From: Ascidiella aspersa
Lineage: Eukaryota
Direction: 5' to 3'
Length of the DNA: 64,000 nucleotides
Assembly: GCA_963924565.1 (NCBI GenBank)
Contig: OZ004609.1
Location: 19,654,001-19,718,000, forward strand
Shown: piece after piece, positions 26,871 through 41,800 of the stretch
How positions within the stretch are numbered: the first letter of the stretch is position 1
Layout of the letters: the number at the start of each line of letters is the position of its first letter
Translations under genes and position numbers: made by a program
Notes under the pieces: model-generated
Database searches by the model: none
Seen by the model: only the letters and a program-made list of their open reading frames with translations
Told to the model about the DNA's origin: nothing

Positions 26871-29800
26871 CTATTCTTCTTTTTTATGGAGCTGAGCATT
26901 GACCAGACTGAAGTAGGACCCCTTAAGCGCGATTAGCTCATTGTGGGTGCCACGCTCCACCACGACTCCGTTCTCCAGCACGCAGATGACGTCAGCGTTC
27001 TTCACGGTCGAGAGACGATGGGCGATGATGATCGATGTTCGGTTCTCGCTTGCCGCGTCCAGGGCATCTTGGACGATCTGCAAAACGAAAGTTTAGTTCT
27101 CACTAAAAGCGATGCTAATAGCATAACTAAAGTAAATACCAACATTTATTTAAAAAAAAGTAAATAGAAGATTTATTGTGATATTTACTAGCTTGTACCA
27201 ATGTACTATATTACTAAATATTAAACTGCCCTATCAAATTTACCTAACTGTATTTCATGGTTACACTAGAATGGATTTGTCAGGCAGTCACCTAAATGGT
27301 ACTATTTTAAGCTATGATTTCACTTGCCGTATCCCTAAACACTTGAGAAATTAAAAAAGTACAAAATCACGCGGCACAGCACAACCTATATACATTCAAG
27401 CAACTAGTTCGGTAAAAGCTTATAGGGTCTGGACCTCTCCGAAAAGTTCGGCCAAATGACACATGTGGAACGCGATAAGAAGCAAACACTCACTTTTTCA
27501 CTCTCGGCGTCCAGAGCTGAAGTAGCTTCGTCTAGAAGTAGGATCTTGGGGTTCCTGAGCAGAGCCCTGGCGATGGCCACCCTCTGTTTCTGTCCTCCCG
27601 AAAGCTGGGCACCCTTCCCACCCACTCTGGTCTCATAACCCTGAAAAAGGCAATAAAAAATGTCTTGACGCTGTAGTAAAAAAGGTATCTCCTGAGCTAA
27701 TTTGTTTTAGTCGCGAAATTGCAAATAAATACCGCATAAAAAAATTGTACAGTATAGAAAGCAAAAATATATTGTAGAGTTTCACCTCCGGAAGATTCTC
27801 GATAAAGCTGTGTATGTTTGCGTTCTTGGCAGCTTGCACTACTTCCTCCATGCTCGCTTCACGTGTGTTGTCACCATATCTGATGTTCTCGGCGATGGTT
27901 TTGTCGAAAAGAACTGGCTCCTGTGACACGATCCCCATCTGGGCTCGGAGCCAGGCGATTTGCAGAGCCTTGGTGGTCGTCTTGTCTAAGTTCTGCGTCG
28001 TTAAGGGTTTCGTGAAACATGGACAGTAGGACTCGGCGAAGTGTTTAGCTATAGTTTTTAAACCGGTAAAATCCCACAGTAGCAGTACGTAGGTTTATCG
28101 TAGTCAACGATACGGCGAAGTAAAATACCAATTATGTACAATGGAATAACACTTTATACAACATATATCGCACCTTGAAACGGTATTAAAAACACGAAAC
28201 CACAAGTACAGTCTAACTTCAACCCGCCGACAATAACTAAAGCACTGGTCGTTTTTTTATTAAAGTTTGTTGAATATTTGGATCAGTTCTTCTATACTAG
28301 TGACGAAACTACGAATAATTATGTGTAAAGCCACAGCTCAGTACTAAAAGATCGTAAAGATGAACCGAGTCGTAAGAAGTATAAGGGGCATAGACTTACC
28401 ACTGATCCCTCAACGGGATCGTAGAACCTCTCGAGGAGCTGGATGCAAGTTGACTTTCCGCAGCCGCTCTGACCAACCAGGGCAACTCGCTTTCCGGGTT
28501 CGATCCCCAGGTTCAAGCCTTTCAGCACTTGCACGTCGGGACGGGTCGGGTAGGCGAACTTCACGTCTTTGTACTCAACCTCAGAGGTGGTTGATGCCTG
28601 AAAGGGCAAAAAGGATTTTTAATAATTTAGGAAGAATTAAAATATCGCGTCAAGCTGCTATTTTTTAACAACGGCCTATCTTGAAAAAGGTTTTAGTATT
28701 CTTCTGGACTTCATCTTGGAAAAAGTTAGTACCTTATTGGCAGGTTTACCATACCATACTTATTTCTAAGATTTGCGATTTTTTTTTTGGTTGCAGTGTC
28801 TTAAAAAATACTAATGTGCCTATTTCTAAGAAATGTGCTTATTTGGAGTTGTCTTATTTTAAAACTTATTAAGCCTCAGTATAGTTTTTATTACATGGCT
28901 TTTATGTGGCATTTTATGATAATTAAAGTTTTGCCAATTTAACAAAATAAACGACTTTTTGGTGCTTAGCATTTTTTATACATAAGGTCGTTGACTGCTC
29001 ATGGCCAAATGATGATGGGAGGCCAACTTATCAAAGATCAAGCAATTTCTTATTTAAACTGTGTTTGTTAACCACTGAGGGCCACAACATGACCATTAGC
29101 AGGAATAAATATCCGACGATTTCTTCATTGCTCGCACATACACATTTGCTCAAGGAAATTAATTGTAAACGTTAAAGATCAATTCTTACTGGTGTTTCTC
29201 CTTCGGTGTTGAAACTGTCGATATCGGGAACGCGGTCAAATAGTCTGAAGAGTCTCAAGGCGGCGGTCTTGGCCTCTGCTAGATCTGGTGCGAAGGAGCT
29301 GGTCTGGCCCACTGCGAAGGCGCCAAAAACGACCGCCATCAGGACCCTGTTGAAACAATACAGCGGGTGTTTATTTAAGAGCAGGAACCGTGAGACACGA
29401 CCCAACATTAGATTTAGGGCAAGGGTTCCTAAAACTGGGGTCCATGGACCCGTTGGGGGTATGTGGATTAGTTTTAGGGGGGCTATGAAGGCCTAATTGA
29501 ACAATTAGTGTATATTTAAGAAGTTATATTTTTTTGAAAGGCAAGTGTTGAATTAAAAATAAAACGTTTTAGCACTGAATGTATATTTAGACTCCATTGA
29601 ACTTTAACATTTTGGGACCCAAAACAGCAGATTTTTGAAATCCATTTGTATTGTGACATCATCTCTAAAATTCTTTTCCTACCCTGGTTCACGCAAAGCA
29701 AAAATATTTTTCAGAGGTCCGCGGTAAAAAGTTTTTAACAACCCCTGATTTAGGGTGACTTACTTGAATACGTTTTGAAAGTCGAGAAGGCATTCCTCGA

Positions 29801-32800
29801 CAAGCCAGGCGCCAAATCGAAACACAGCCGCGTAAGCGAAGAAGATAATGCATTGGGAGAAGCCGAACGCAACGCCGTACACCCACGTCTTGCGCACAGA
29901 TTTCCTGCATAAAGTACGCGTTTTTAGGCAATCGGTATTTGTCCTTGCAGTTTGCATAACTAAAACATTCAACCCGCAAACATGGATGGACTTTCAATAG
30001 GTCATACAATCAGGGATTGAACAGCATCGCGACATGTTTGGATTTTCGCAAACGGACTTTCAACACTATATGGTATTTCAGTAAATATACGTTTGAATAT
30101 TTTATAGTCTGTTAAAGTACCCAATGCAAAAGTTAAAAATAACTATCGACCGTAGCGACACCATTATTGCATTAAAGATGACTGTATTGCACTTACTTGT
30201 ATGGAACGGTCATAGCTTCATTGTAGCGGGTGTAAAAGACACCCTCCTTGGTAAGCGATGCCACCGTTCTAATGTTTAGAGTCGCTTCAGTAGCGATGCC
30301 ACCGGCCGTCTCGTGAGCTTTTGAGGCAGCGCCCGCCTAATAATGACCGAAAATTTAAAACGAAACCTTACTAATGACATAAAACAAAAGGACACTTATC
30401 GCACAAGAATTACAAGATTTATCAGCCAAAGCGCTTTCTGTTTATTTGTGACAGATATAAATCTTACCTGTCCGGTGAACACCCTCATCTGCAACATGCC
30501 AGCGACAGCCATAAAGGGGACGAAAGCCAGGGTGAGCAAAGTAAGCTGCCAACTGTAAGCGAATGCGATCCCAAGTGCGACACCTGCGGGAGGCAGTAAT
30601 CATATTAGGTTGAACATAAGCGTTATTCTTTAAGCCAAGCAAAAATTTTCACCGGCCTACGAAAAATGAAAAAAAATTGATAACAAATATGTTTACATGG
30701 ATAGTTCTCTCACAGCGAAAAGGTGTCCAAATTATAAATACAGATTTTACAAGTCTAAAATTTACTCTAAGTTGTTTAAAAAAATGAAACATGCACACAT
30801 ATGTGTGTTAACAACTGGGATCTTGTTTAAGAATTTGAAGGGAAGTTGGCATATTAACCGATGCTTCCTCTGCCAAGAAACGAAAATCGACCAGACTCAC
30901 CAAGGGCGCAAATGCTTTGAAGGGCCACTCCGCCACGGATTCCGGTGCATCCCTGCACCTTGGAAGCGTCGGTGGCAAGTCGGGTGGTAAGCACGCCGGT
31001 GCTGTTCTTGTGGTCGTCGAAGTAGGCCATCTCCTGTCGCAACATCGCCCTGAATCCACGCTTGCGAAGTCGCATCGTCAGCTCTTCACCCGATTTGGCG
31101 AAACAGGTGGCCTGCATGTGAAGGCAGAGACGTTGTTGTACGATGGTCAAATCAAACTTAGGGATAAATAGTGGCAAACGGGATGGGAGACGCTTGCGAA
31201 AAGGTCATGCATGAACAAACAAAAGGAAGGAAGTTAGCAGTTACAGGAGGTGGTAAAATTAACGAATGTTTCGAGAGAGTCACGGTTTTAGAACACTTAT
31301 TTTACTTTGAACTATTTCAGGCCGTTAAAGTTAAATTCAGCCTTTGGATATTTTTTATACGTAAATTCAGCGTCAGTGCATAATGTAACAATATAAGATT
31401 GTATGCTACAAATTAATACGATTATTTGAAATATCTTCTAAATCAATATGGACAGTTCTGGGCTTTAACTATGAATTAATATGGTCCAAACACAATTGTT
31501 TTACTGAAAATACATATATTTGTTTTTTTTTTAAAACGAATTTTATTTTCTAATTTTTTTTAAAAAAGATATTAGTCTATATCTAAACTGTCAGTATTTG
31601 TTATTTAATTTTTTGTACATCCATGTTGGGAATTAGATATTTTATATTTACAATCGTATGAAAGCAAATTATGGTTGAAAGCTAGTTTAATTTGTCAGTA
31701 AACCCTGAAAAGGCACCGTGACAAAATCGAAAAACCTCAGGCAAAGCGCACAACTACTTTTAAAGGACAGTGCTTGCCTGAATGATGTTAATGACAAAGG
31801 CGACAACGCCAATGGCGACGAATAAGAGCGAGTAGAGGATTATCTGGTTGGCCTTCTCCTCGGGGTCTTGAATTGCGAACGCTCCAAGAATTTCGGCAAA
31901 CAGAATGGCAAAAATCGGCTGAGTTCCACCGTTGATTGCTGCCGCCACCATACCACCTGCAGGTAAACAAGTAAGAAAATGAACAAAACAGGTTTTGTGC
32001 AAGTATATGCGGTGGGTATGCATTACACCAGGGGTGGGCAATTATTTTTGACAAGGGGCCTCATAAGGGACGAAAAATGTCTTGACAGACCGTATCAAAA
32101 GGGATTTGAAATACACATAATGTACAGTGCGATTCCTTTGCAAAGATAGCTATGAATAGTTTAGGTTTGACAAGCTGGTAGGAGTAGGAATAAGTGATGG
32201 TGCCTTGCATTATGTAATTCATTCAATAGAATATTCCAAAATTACAAAACAACACGTAAAGGCATATTTCTACTAAAAAGTTTTATAAAAAGTAACCGCG
32301 GGCCGGATTTGGGCCACAGGCCGTAGTTTGCCTATGTCTGCATTACACAAAGGGAACCAACACATTGACATTTTACAAAAGTAATCTCATGTAGGACACT
32401 TGTTGATCGAAGCGAGTATCTTTTAACTCGTTGTAAGTCGACCAAAAACAAATAACATTGTTGTTTGCCAGTAGTACAATTTTAAAAGGTATTTTGATTT
32501 CTTCCATTACGGCGGTATTGCTACGAAGCACAGATGACGTCACGAAACATAGAAACTTTTTACACATTGCTTTAATTATGAATTAAGTGCTAAGTAATAA
32601 ACAAACAGAACGTGCACGACATACAGAAAATGTAGAAGCCTTCCGGCTTGTTGAGAGCAAACACTCTGGAAAACGAGAAGTCGGAGAAATCTTCCTCCTC
32701 CTCCTCTTCCTCATCCTCTTCCTCATCGTCGCCACGCTTGGTTGCTTCCGAACGGACACTAGTAGCGCTAATGAGTCGCTTGCGAAGGCTTCGTTTGGCG

Positions 32801-35800
32801 AAATCTGAAGGATGTTTAACTACATTTTGAGAAAAGCTAAATAAATGAACTTTTGATAGATCAAAACAGTGTTTATTAATCAGGTGAAGTGTTTACCCCA
32901 GGGAGAATAAAATTTTTGCAGGGGTGAACCAACCAAAAGGGGTGAATACGGGTGAACGAAAGTTCAGGAGCATCCTAGTCACTAGTAAACAATTTTCTAC
33001 CGTAAATCGACTACTGAACTGTTGTTTTGGGTGTTTTTTTGCTTATTGTAATGGTCAAGTTGGTTTACACCGAGTGTTTAAGTACAAAAATTTGGTTACT
33101 GTGTTTTGTGCTTTTGTAGCTTTATATATCTGGACTCGAGAAATTGTAGATTTGCAAATTGCAATGGTCAAACTTAACTCCAGTCGTTTTGTGCTGTTAT
33201 ATATATACGAGATAGTTTTATCATATATCATGGGACAAGGGTGAATGAAATCTGGAGATAGATGCTAGGAGTTAACAGAAAGTGTCCAGAAAGTATTAAG
33301 AATGCCCGATGTAACGTGACGTTTCGCAAACATATAATTTACTAATGTCTGCTACAATATGACGGTGTTTTCGAAAAGTTTTTGAAAAAAATGATTTACA
33401 TATTTATTTTAAATTTTTACGTTAGAACAAAAAATACTGAAATAAAAAGGTGTTATAGTAGGTGGTCGGTATATGTATTTGATTGGTAGTGTAGTTAGGC
33501 TACACTCTGGAAAAGTCAGGATTCAACACTGGGTCCGACTGGGTTCGCTATCTCTCAGTATGGCACTGGTCCACGACTGGGAAAATGACAGTAAGAAAAG
33601 CAAACTTTCACGTTATTTTGTCTTTCGATGTCGTTATAAACATCCATACAAAATAACGTAGTGTGATGATCAATAACTAATGTCTGGCTTTACACATTTA
33701 AGCAAAATAAAAAAGCGGGTGCTTCTGGTAAACTATTTACAGAAGTTGATTAAAGCCAAGAACAGTATCTATAGTGGGATGCAAATTACCGGGTACATTA
33801 AAATATAACCTCCAGAGACTCGTTTTAGTTATAGTGCAGGAACACATAAATAGCTTAACAATCAAACAAACCTTTTGGTGACTTTGGTTTGGCGTCCTCG
33901 TTTATTCCACCTAAAAATAGAACAAACAAACTTTATTTCAGTGAAAATCTTACAAGGTTTAAGAGCAAAGTCTGAGGCGCATTATGAGTAATCAACAAAA
34001 TGAACCACAAATGAACTCTTGAGTCGACACAAATGAACTCTTGAGTTGACACAACTGACATGCCCACTGAAACTTCTCCGCTATAACCCTATGACCGCAT
34101 TAACACAACACACGGCTTACAAGGAAATAAAGCTACTTATTATATCCAAGCATTGATTTAGTTTTGAAATTAAAACTGCTTTAGCATTCTGCTAACGAGT
34201 ATAAGTTAATTTATGTTTATACATTTTCAGCAATCTATATACATACATTATATGTTTATATATGATATTAATAAAAAAAATCGTGGACGGATAGTGATAT
34301 CGCAAGTTTAAAGAACAACAAAAAAGATCGTAATGAGATCACTTGAAACGTATGCGTAAGACGTTTACACTTATTTTATCGTACAATCACGACTCGCATG
34401 GAAATGAGAAACGAGACGAGACTAAAAAGGCCAAATTCATGAAGAACAATTCATTGAATCACTGAGCGAATCAATCGTGTGCTCTTATAGTGTGTTACAA
34501 AAATGGAAACAACTGGATAATGAGTATAGCTAAACGCTAACGCAAATCTCACGATAAGTTGTTTCGTCTGATGAGGCAACTTAGTACGTCATAGAACACA
34601 GCACAAAGACCGGATGTTTTCATAAATTGTCAACCAGTCGTGCGATGTAGAGGAAAGGTTATTCTTATTTGTGCAACACAACAATCGTGTCATTGTTACC
34701 CTACTATGTGGACTGTAGTATAACTTACAGGTCATGTGAAATACCAGTGAATTTAGCTTTAAAGCTATAACATAGAAAATGCAATTCAGTATAATAAAAT
34801 CCTGTTTTTGCGCAACTACACTCTTTTACTTAAAAACAGTTTAGTTGCGTATCATCTGGTTGCTTTTTACATAGGAACCACTTGGCTACAAAATAAACCA
34901 TTTTTTTTAATTTACTTATTTTTATTATAAATACAAAATAAACTAATAAAGCTCGCTCCTAGCGATAGATGAAGATTGTAGAATATAGAATATAGATTAT
35001 TGATCGATTGGTTGCTACTTGCATATCACTAGTGGTACGTGTACCAATACCACAAGGTTTATAACCAACGCTCGCTTATTTTTAAAATATATGTCAAATA
35101 GATTTTTTAGTAAAAATATGATGCATGTTAAAACTTGACATTGCACAGAATTTACTTTTTAGATTACCATATATTTTGCCACGACGAACTCTATATGACC
35201 ATTTGGTCAATATAAAGAGCCTTGGGGCACGCCGCTGTCGTGATTGGTAAAAGGTCAATCGAAACACAGGAAACGCGTTGCAACCAAAATAAGAGCTACT
35301 TACAAAACAATAATGTAAGCATATTCATTCAACCTCAGAACGGGTGCCGACTGCCGTTTCTTAAGCGAGAATCCGGCAACCCAATGTAGAAAATATATGT
35401 AGCAGAGTCAAAATGCTACAAGCCAATTGACCGATTCTTTTTTTATTTAATCGATAAAATAAATGGATGATGTTATGGGAAATGTCAACAAAATATCCCT
35501 TTCTATTTTCTATAACAATTTTGTTGAACAACCATGAAACAATAAAAGGGCAATCACCTCACCTTTTTTACACAAACACGCGCAGCCACTAGTTCAATGG
35601 CTCCAAGCCTTTTTTAAACTTACGGTAACCTTCACAAAATATGAACAGCAAGCGACGCCCTTAATGGCTTTTTCGCAAAGCGGTAAACTGCAATGTTACA
35701 ATAAGTTAACTTGAAACAGTAACACACAAACTGTACAAGAGGTAGAAACACCATTCGCGATTTGTGGCACTTCTTTCGCATACGAAAAAAAAATTGAACA

Positions 35801-38800
35801 AGAAGCTTACCAATAGAAATAAAGCAAGAATGGAAAGCTAAAATAATTTGGAATTCTCACGGCACCCACATTCAAGAAATATCTCTCAGCACAAACAAAT
35901 AAAACGACACCCCAGTTAGGACCCACCACTTACTGGTTAATGATAATTTTATTTAAATATTTTGATGGATATTTTTTGAATTGTTAAGTCACAATCACAG
36001 CTAGAAGCACTAAATGAACAAATAAAAAAAGATGACTAATCCGTCTACAGTAACACCAACCTTCCTCAGCGCTGTAGCTCTGCATGTTGACAAGGTTCTG
36101 ATATATGCCGTTTTCGACTTTGAGCAGCTCCTCGTGGCTTCCCTGCTCCATCGCTCGACCCTCGTGGAATCCGATAATCTTGTCTGAGTTCTTGATCGTA
36201 GACAGTCGGTGCGCGATCACAAGCGTAGTGCGACCTGGAACAAAAAACAAGCATTTTTCACCATGAAATGCACGATTTTAATAATATTTAAATATACACT
36301 CAAATAAACCATGTGCTACATGCAAAACGTTGCATTACGTAGTTCCGCTTTTAATAAATAATTTATAGACTCATTTTTGTCTGGATAATTTGCTTTTAGC
36401 CATTTGCAGTTAGTTTTACAATGCGGCAAACTGACTGTTGAACTGCAGCAAGTGTAACCAACGGGTAGAAAGGTGGACATTTCGCAGATCACAAGTTAGA
36501 TAAAACATATCAGCACACCAGTTGCGAAAGTCTGGTGACGATGTATTAAGCCGGCTTCATAAGTGCATCATGCATTAGAAGTGGTCGGCGACGCTTTATT
36601 GCCCATGTAAAAACGCTACTAACAGTAAAGTAACGTTTTGCCCGTGGGACGAATCAGGATTGTGACAGTTGGCTGCGACTAAATAAACTGACCTGGGGCG
36701 ACAACGTAGAGGCCTCGCTTGAAATAATTTGCTGTTTACTCTTCAGTTCAACAAATACGACAAAGATTTTTTTATATTATTAAAAGTGATCAAATATATG
36801 TCGTAAAAGAGCAAGTCTCCACTATTTGTGTTAAACCAGTCTTAAGCGCTGAAAAAATAAAAGCCAACAGTAAAGTAATTATACACCGGACAGCTGTAAT
36901 ACATCCAACAATACATATTCGTTTTTTTGGGTTTCCATAGCCTTCTCCTTGTCTATTTGAAAACGTCTTATGTTTCGACAATGTTATGCCCTTTTCCGAA
37001 GATAAAACTAGCAGGCCTGTACATACCTTGCGAGGCTTTCTCGAGAGCAGCTTGCACGACGGATTCGCTTTCTGTGTCCAGGGCGGAAGTAGCTTCGTCC
37101 AGCAACATGATCTTGGGGTTGCGAACGATTGCTCGCGCGATCGCGATTCGCTGCTTCTGGCCCCCGCTCATCTGGGCCCCACCTTCACCCACCATCGTGT
37201 CCAGTTTCTGTGATTGGTTGGATCAAACAGTGGGTTAATAACGCGTTTGAGAAAGGAGATTCGTGTTCTGTATCAAACCAACAGCTATGCTAAAAATACA
37301 TTGTAAATGTTAAATAGTTAGCACTGAAAATAACATGTTTAGTTATTTATAGTATAATAGTACAGCACTGAAAAACTATATTTAGCAAGGCTGTAAAAAA
37401 ACACAAACTTTGTTTAATTTATGAAACCTTGAGAAAAAGGAAATGTGGTACGAAAAAAGAATGGGTCAAGCCCATAAAAGTACACAACGCCACAATGGAT
37501 TATTAACAGTACAAATATCCTACATTGGGCATGTTCATTATAAAGTCATAGGCGTTGGATTGTTTGATCGCCTCCACGACTTCGTCATCAGTGACGTCAT
37601 CACGGCCATATCGAATGTTTTCTTTGATGGTGGTGTCGAAAAGGATTGGTTCTTGGGACACGACTCCGATGTGCTCACGCAACCAACGAACGTTCAGCGT
37701 ACGGATGTCTTTGCCGTCAAGCTCAATACTACCACCCTATAGAGAGAATTATGTTTAATTGATATTTATTGTCTTATAACTTAGTACAACTTAACTTAGT
37801 GGAGCTAACGCCAATATTAAAAGTTTAAAATTACAGTCACCTGTAAAAACAAGCAAAGCTATCGTATAAATATTCAAAGACAATACAAACATTTCGTTAT
37901 CCGTAACATAACTTACAGAGAAAAAAAATTTTTTTTAGAGAACATTACGCTTAAACCGTGGCAAACGATTTTTTATACCCTACAAGGTAAACTAACCGGA
38001 GTTTATGCATGTGGAGGCCATTCGCCTTAGCTAAAACAACGATCTTTGTGTATTTTGTCAATGACATAAAACAATTCCAAACCCGTCGCACAAGGTTTCA
38101 GTTAAAAACTGTTTTACTATTACTACTACAACGCAATTTTAAAAAGTTCAACAAAAACGAAAACGCTTAGTTTGCCAAAGCATGGACTATAGTGACTATA
38201 CAATAGAGAGAGAATGAAATATAGGTCCTAGGTGAACAAGAATAGCACCTTATGATCGGCGTCGGTGATGATAAAAAATTACCAAATAAAGGCTTTTTTA
38301 ACAACATTAACCAATGGCCCTTTATTTGCACACGATTCCGTGTTTGATCCGCAATTGTCGCGTTCGTACGACAGGATTGCGCAATGTAAACAACTACCAA
38401 AAGCCTTAGCTTTGGAGGAAAGTGGTTATAAAGCGATTGCCAAAAAGGCGTTTACTTTGTCGCGCTTCGTAGATTTTGGGGTTTGTTTACTGACGCTGTC
38501 GTCTACCTTTTATGGGGAAATGTATTTTAGACCTAGGACGACATGTAAAGCGTTCGGCTATCAGCCTGATTTTGAGATAGGACTTCATTCATGCCATATA
38601 TATAAAAACATCTGTGCACCTGTGGATCGTAGAAACGTTGAATGAGTTGAACACACGTACTTTTCCCACATCCACTCTGACCACACAGTGCTGTCGTTTG
38701 GCCGCTCTCAGCTGTGTAAGAGACCTTGTGCAGGACCTGTGTTAAACACAACAGCAAAAAATGCTTAAAAAATGTAAGTGTATAAAACAGCAAAATGTTA

Positions 38801-41800
38801 ACAGCAACCGTTTTTAAAGTAAATTTGATATAATAACAAGCCTACAAAGTTAAAACGCCTCATCGTCGGCTTTTGATTCATTGACCAAAAGGGTAAAACG
38901 AGTATGGTGCACGCACAAACTAGACAATCTCTCAAAGTCGCAAACCAAAGCAAGCCGGCTTATGCCAGAGGATAGAAAACTTCCTCGCCGGAAGGCAACC
39001 ACGCATAGCACGCCTATTCTCAGAAAATGCGCCTGAAGATTGCGCAATTTTGAGCAATCTCGCATACCTGAACGTCCTCTCTGGACGGATAAGCAAAGTC
39101 GACGTCGCGCAGCGTAATCTCGCCGACCACCTTGGTGGGCTTTTCACCCTCGTCCGACATGCTGTCGATTACCGGCTCGCGATCGATGACGTTGAACACC
39201 TTGTAGGCGGCCGCTTTGGCAGCAGCGAAGACTTGGACGTCGGCGCCACCCTACATATTAAACGTAAGCGATATAAGGTGGAAATGTGAAAATGTGACAG
39301 TGTGACTTGTATGGTAATACGTTATGTTTCGATTTGGCCCGGTTAATTCACAAATACTGACTGTTTTTTTTTTGGTCGCCCTAAAACTGACCCGTGTACT
39401 GTACAATAAAATAAATATATGCTAATGTTATATATATACTTCCAAGGCGCATATCCTGGCCAAATACAATAACAACAATCCAACATAGGCAAAAAGCTAC
39501 TTTACTGGCAAATGCCTGACAAGCATTTTAGGTGAACAGCCTAATGGGTTTTACAAAATACCACGCAATGCATCCGAGCAGCAGCAGCAGCAGCTAACCT
39601 GAGCAAGCGAGAAAGCCCCGATAAGCACGCCAAAGAATGCGGTGAGGAGCTGTCCCTCGTTGATTTCGCCGGCCACCACCAAAGTTGAGCCGTACCAGAA
39701 GGCCAGGCCGTACATCGAGAACATGACGAGCATGAGTGAGCCAAGCGAGAGGCCAGTGAACAATCCCTTCCTTATGCCGACCGTTTTCGCCATAACCAGG
39801 TTTTTCGAGTACCTGCCACAAAACAGTTGCAAGGTTCGCTATTTTTTTATCGGAAGTACGATTAGTTTAGAACGTTTGCGCTACATTTTTGTTTTGTGTT
39901 GTGCCGTATTTTTATTTAAAAACATCTACGGCACCGCGAATAACGGATGCAGCAATACAAACTTTTTCAATTTTGTATAAATATTTAACTTTGTAGTATC
40001 CTTAAACACGTTAAGAATCTTAAAAACTGCCTGTGTAAACTCACAACATTTTTGTTGTTGATAACTAGAGCGTTTATTTTTTTAATCGAAAAAAAGTCCG
40101 AAATTTGTCAAAATTCATACGTTACGTCAAAATATACTCGTTTACCAAATGCATTTTAAGAGTACATGGTTTATCCAAAAGGTCACCAAACGTTTGTAAT
40201 AAAATGCCAACTTATGATTTGATAGGATTTTAATAACTTGATTTATCGTTTATAAAATTTGTGATTTATATGAAATTGACTTTCAGTTTAAAATTTCATC
40301 GAAATCAAAAATTTATTATTTTCGTCCACCTTTCAACCTCTTTCTCTTGGCCGTCAAACGCCACCACTGTTCGAATTGATGAAATCACTTCTTCAGCAAT
40401 TGCACCAGACTTAGCATAGGCGTCCAACTCCCGTTTGGTAAAGGCGGCAATAACCTGTCAACAATCACAAGGTTCAGGAGAAAAATATAATTCGCAGACC
40501 ACAACGCAGGCAAACCCCTTTTTTTAACAAACATAGTGCACAAGTCATTATTCAAGAATATTCAATAAAAGTTTATCTATTACGTATTAAAATCATTTGC
40601 AGGTTTTGTTTATGTTTTGAAAATACCACTTGGTATTCTGCTTATATTACTAAATATAAAAAAATAACATTAGTTAGCCAGTAGACATCCAATATTTACC
40701 ACTTATTTCACCACTTTTTATGTATGGTTAGTGACTATTTATCAAAAGTTGATTTAAATTAGTGGGAACTGTATATACCTTGAACATTGCCATTGCAGTA
40801 ATAGCAAGTAGTGGGGAGCATGCTAAAATAACAAGAGAAACTTTCCAAGAGTAGATAAATCCAATTATCACTCCAGCAATTGTCCTGGTAACATTCATAA
40901 TGGCCATGGAAACCTTGTCACCAATGCCACCTTCAATTTTGGAGACATCACTTCAAAAAAAAAAAAAGAATAGGTCAACTAATGTCCAAGAATATAGCTT
41001 TAAGTTGGTGATTATTTTCAAACAATCTTTAGATAGGAAATCCACAATTCATTTTTATGTAAATTTTTTACTCTTTAACAAAGTAATTACATTGCTTTAA
41101 TAAAAAAGGTTTGCATTACCAAATCAAGTTAGTTCCAGGCTCTTAAAAATTTATACTTACTCAGCCAGACGTGTGTTCAGTTCCCCAGCAGAGTTTATGT
41201 CAAAAAATCCAATGTCCTGTCTTAGAATTGATCGGAAAAAAGACATCCTCACTCTGTTAATTTGTCTAACTGCTTGCCAAGCAAAACAAGTCACCTAAAA
41301 TAGTTTTTACAGCATTGTATAAATCAGAAGTTATTACTGTATGTTTGGATTAGGAAACCTGATAAAAAAAACACCAAGCAACTGTTTAATTATTATCAAA
41401 TATGTTTGGTTTTTACTTGATAATTTATAGAAACTGCACATCTTGTTACCTGTAGGCCACCAAAGACCCAGACACCTGCAGCTATTCCTGCGAACTTTAT
41501 TGCAATGTCACCAATTAGTGTGTTGAGATTTAGATCATCAGGCACAGGGACATCATTACAACTTATGAAAATAAAAATAAGTGTATTATTCTAAAGTCTA
41601 CAGGTCTATTGCATTGGTTTTATACATAGAAATGGGCTTAAGTACTTACCCTGTGGTTCCTGTAGCATTGATACTAGCAAGGGCTGTGGTGTTTGTAAAC
41701 AATTTTCCATAATCAACAAAATTAGTTGTCAGGTCACCAAAAAAGATAAACATTACAGGCATGCTGGCACCATGCAGGGCAGCAGAAATTGTTCCAATAA

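Noticed and set aside
26943-27167. Repeated plus-strand ORFs (26943/46577, 36986/56112, 27814/49448) as a novel gene family
   Set aside because: They are antisense shadows of the near-identical ABCB1 NBD exons.
33465-33540. tRNA gene
   Set aside because: GTCGG/CCGAC ends and weak A/B boxes, but no convincing cloverleaf; at most a decayed SINE.
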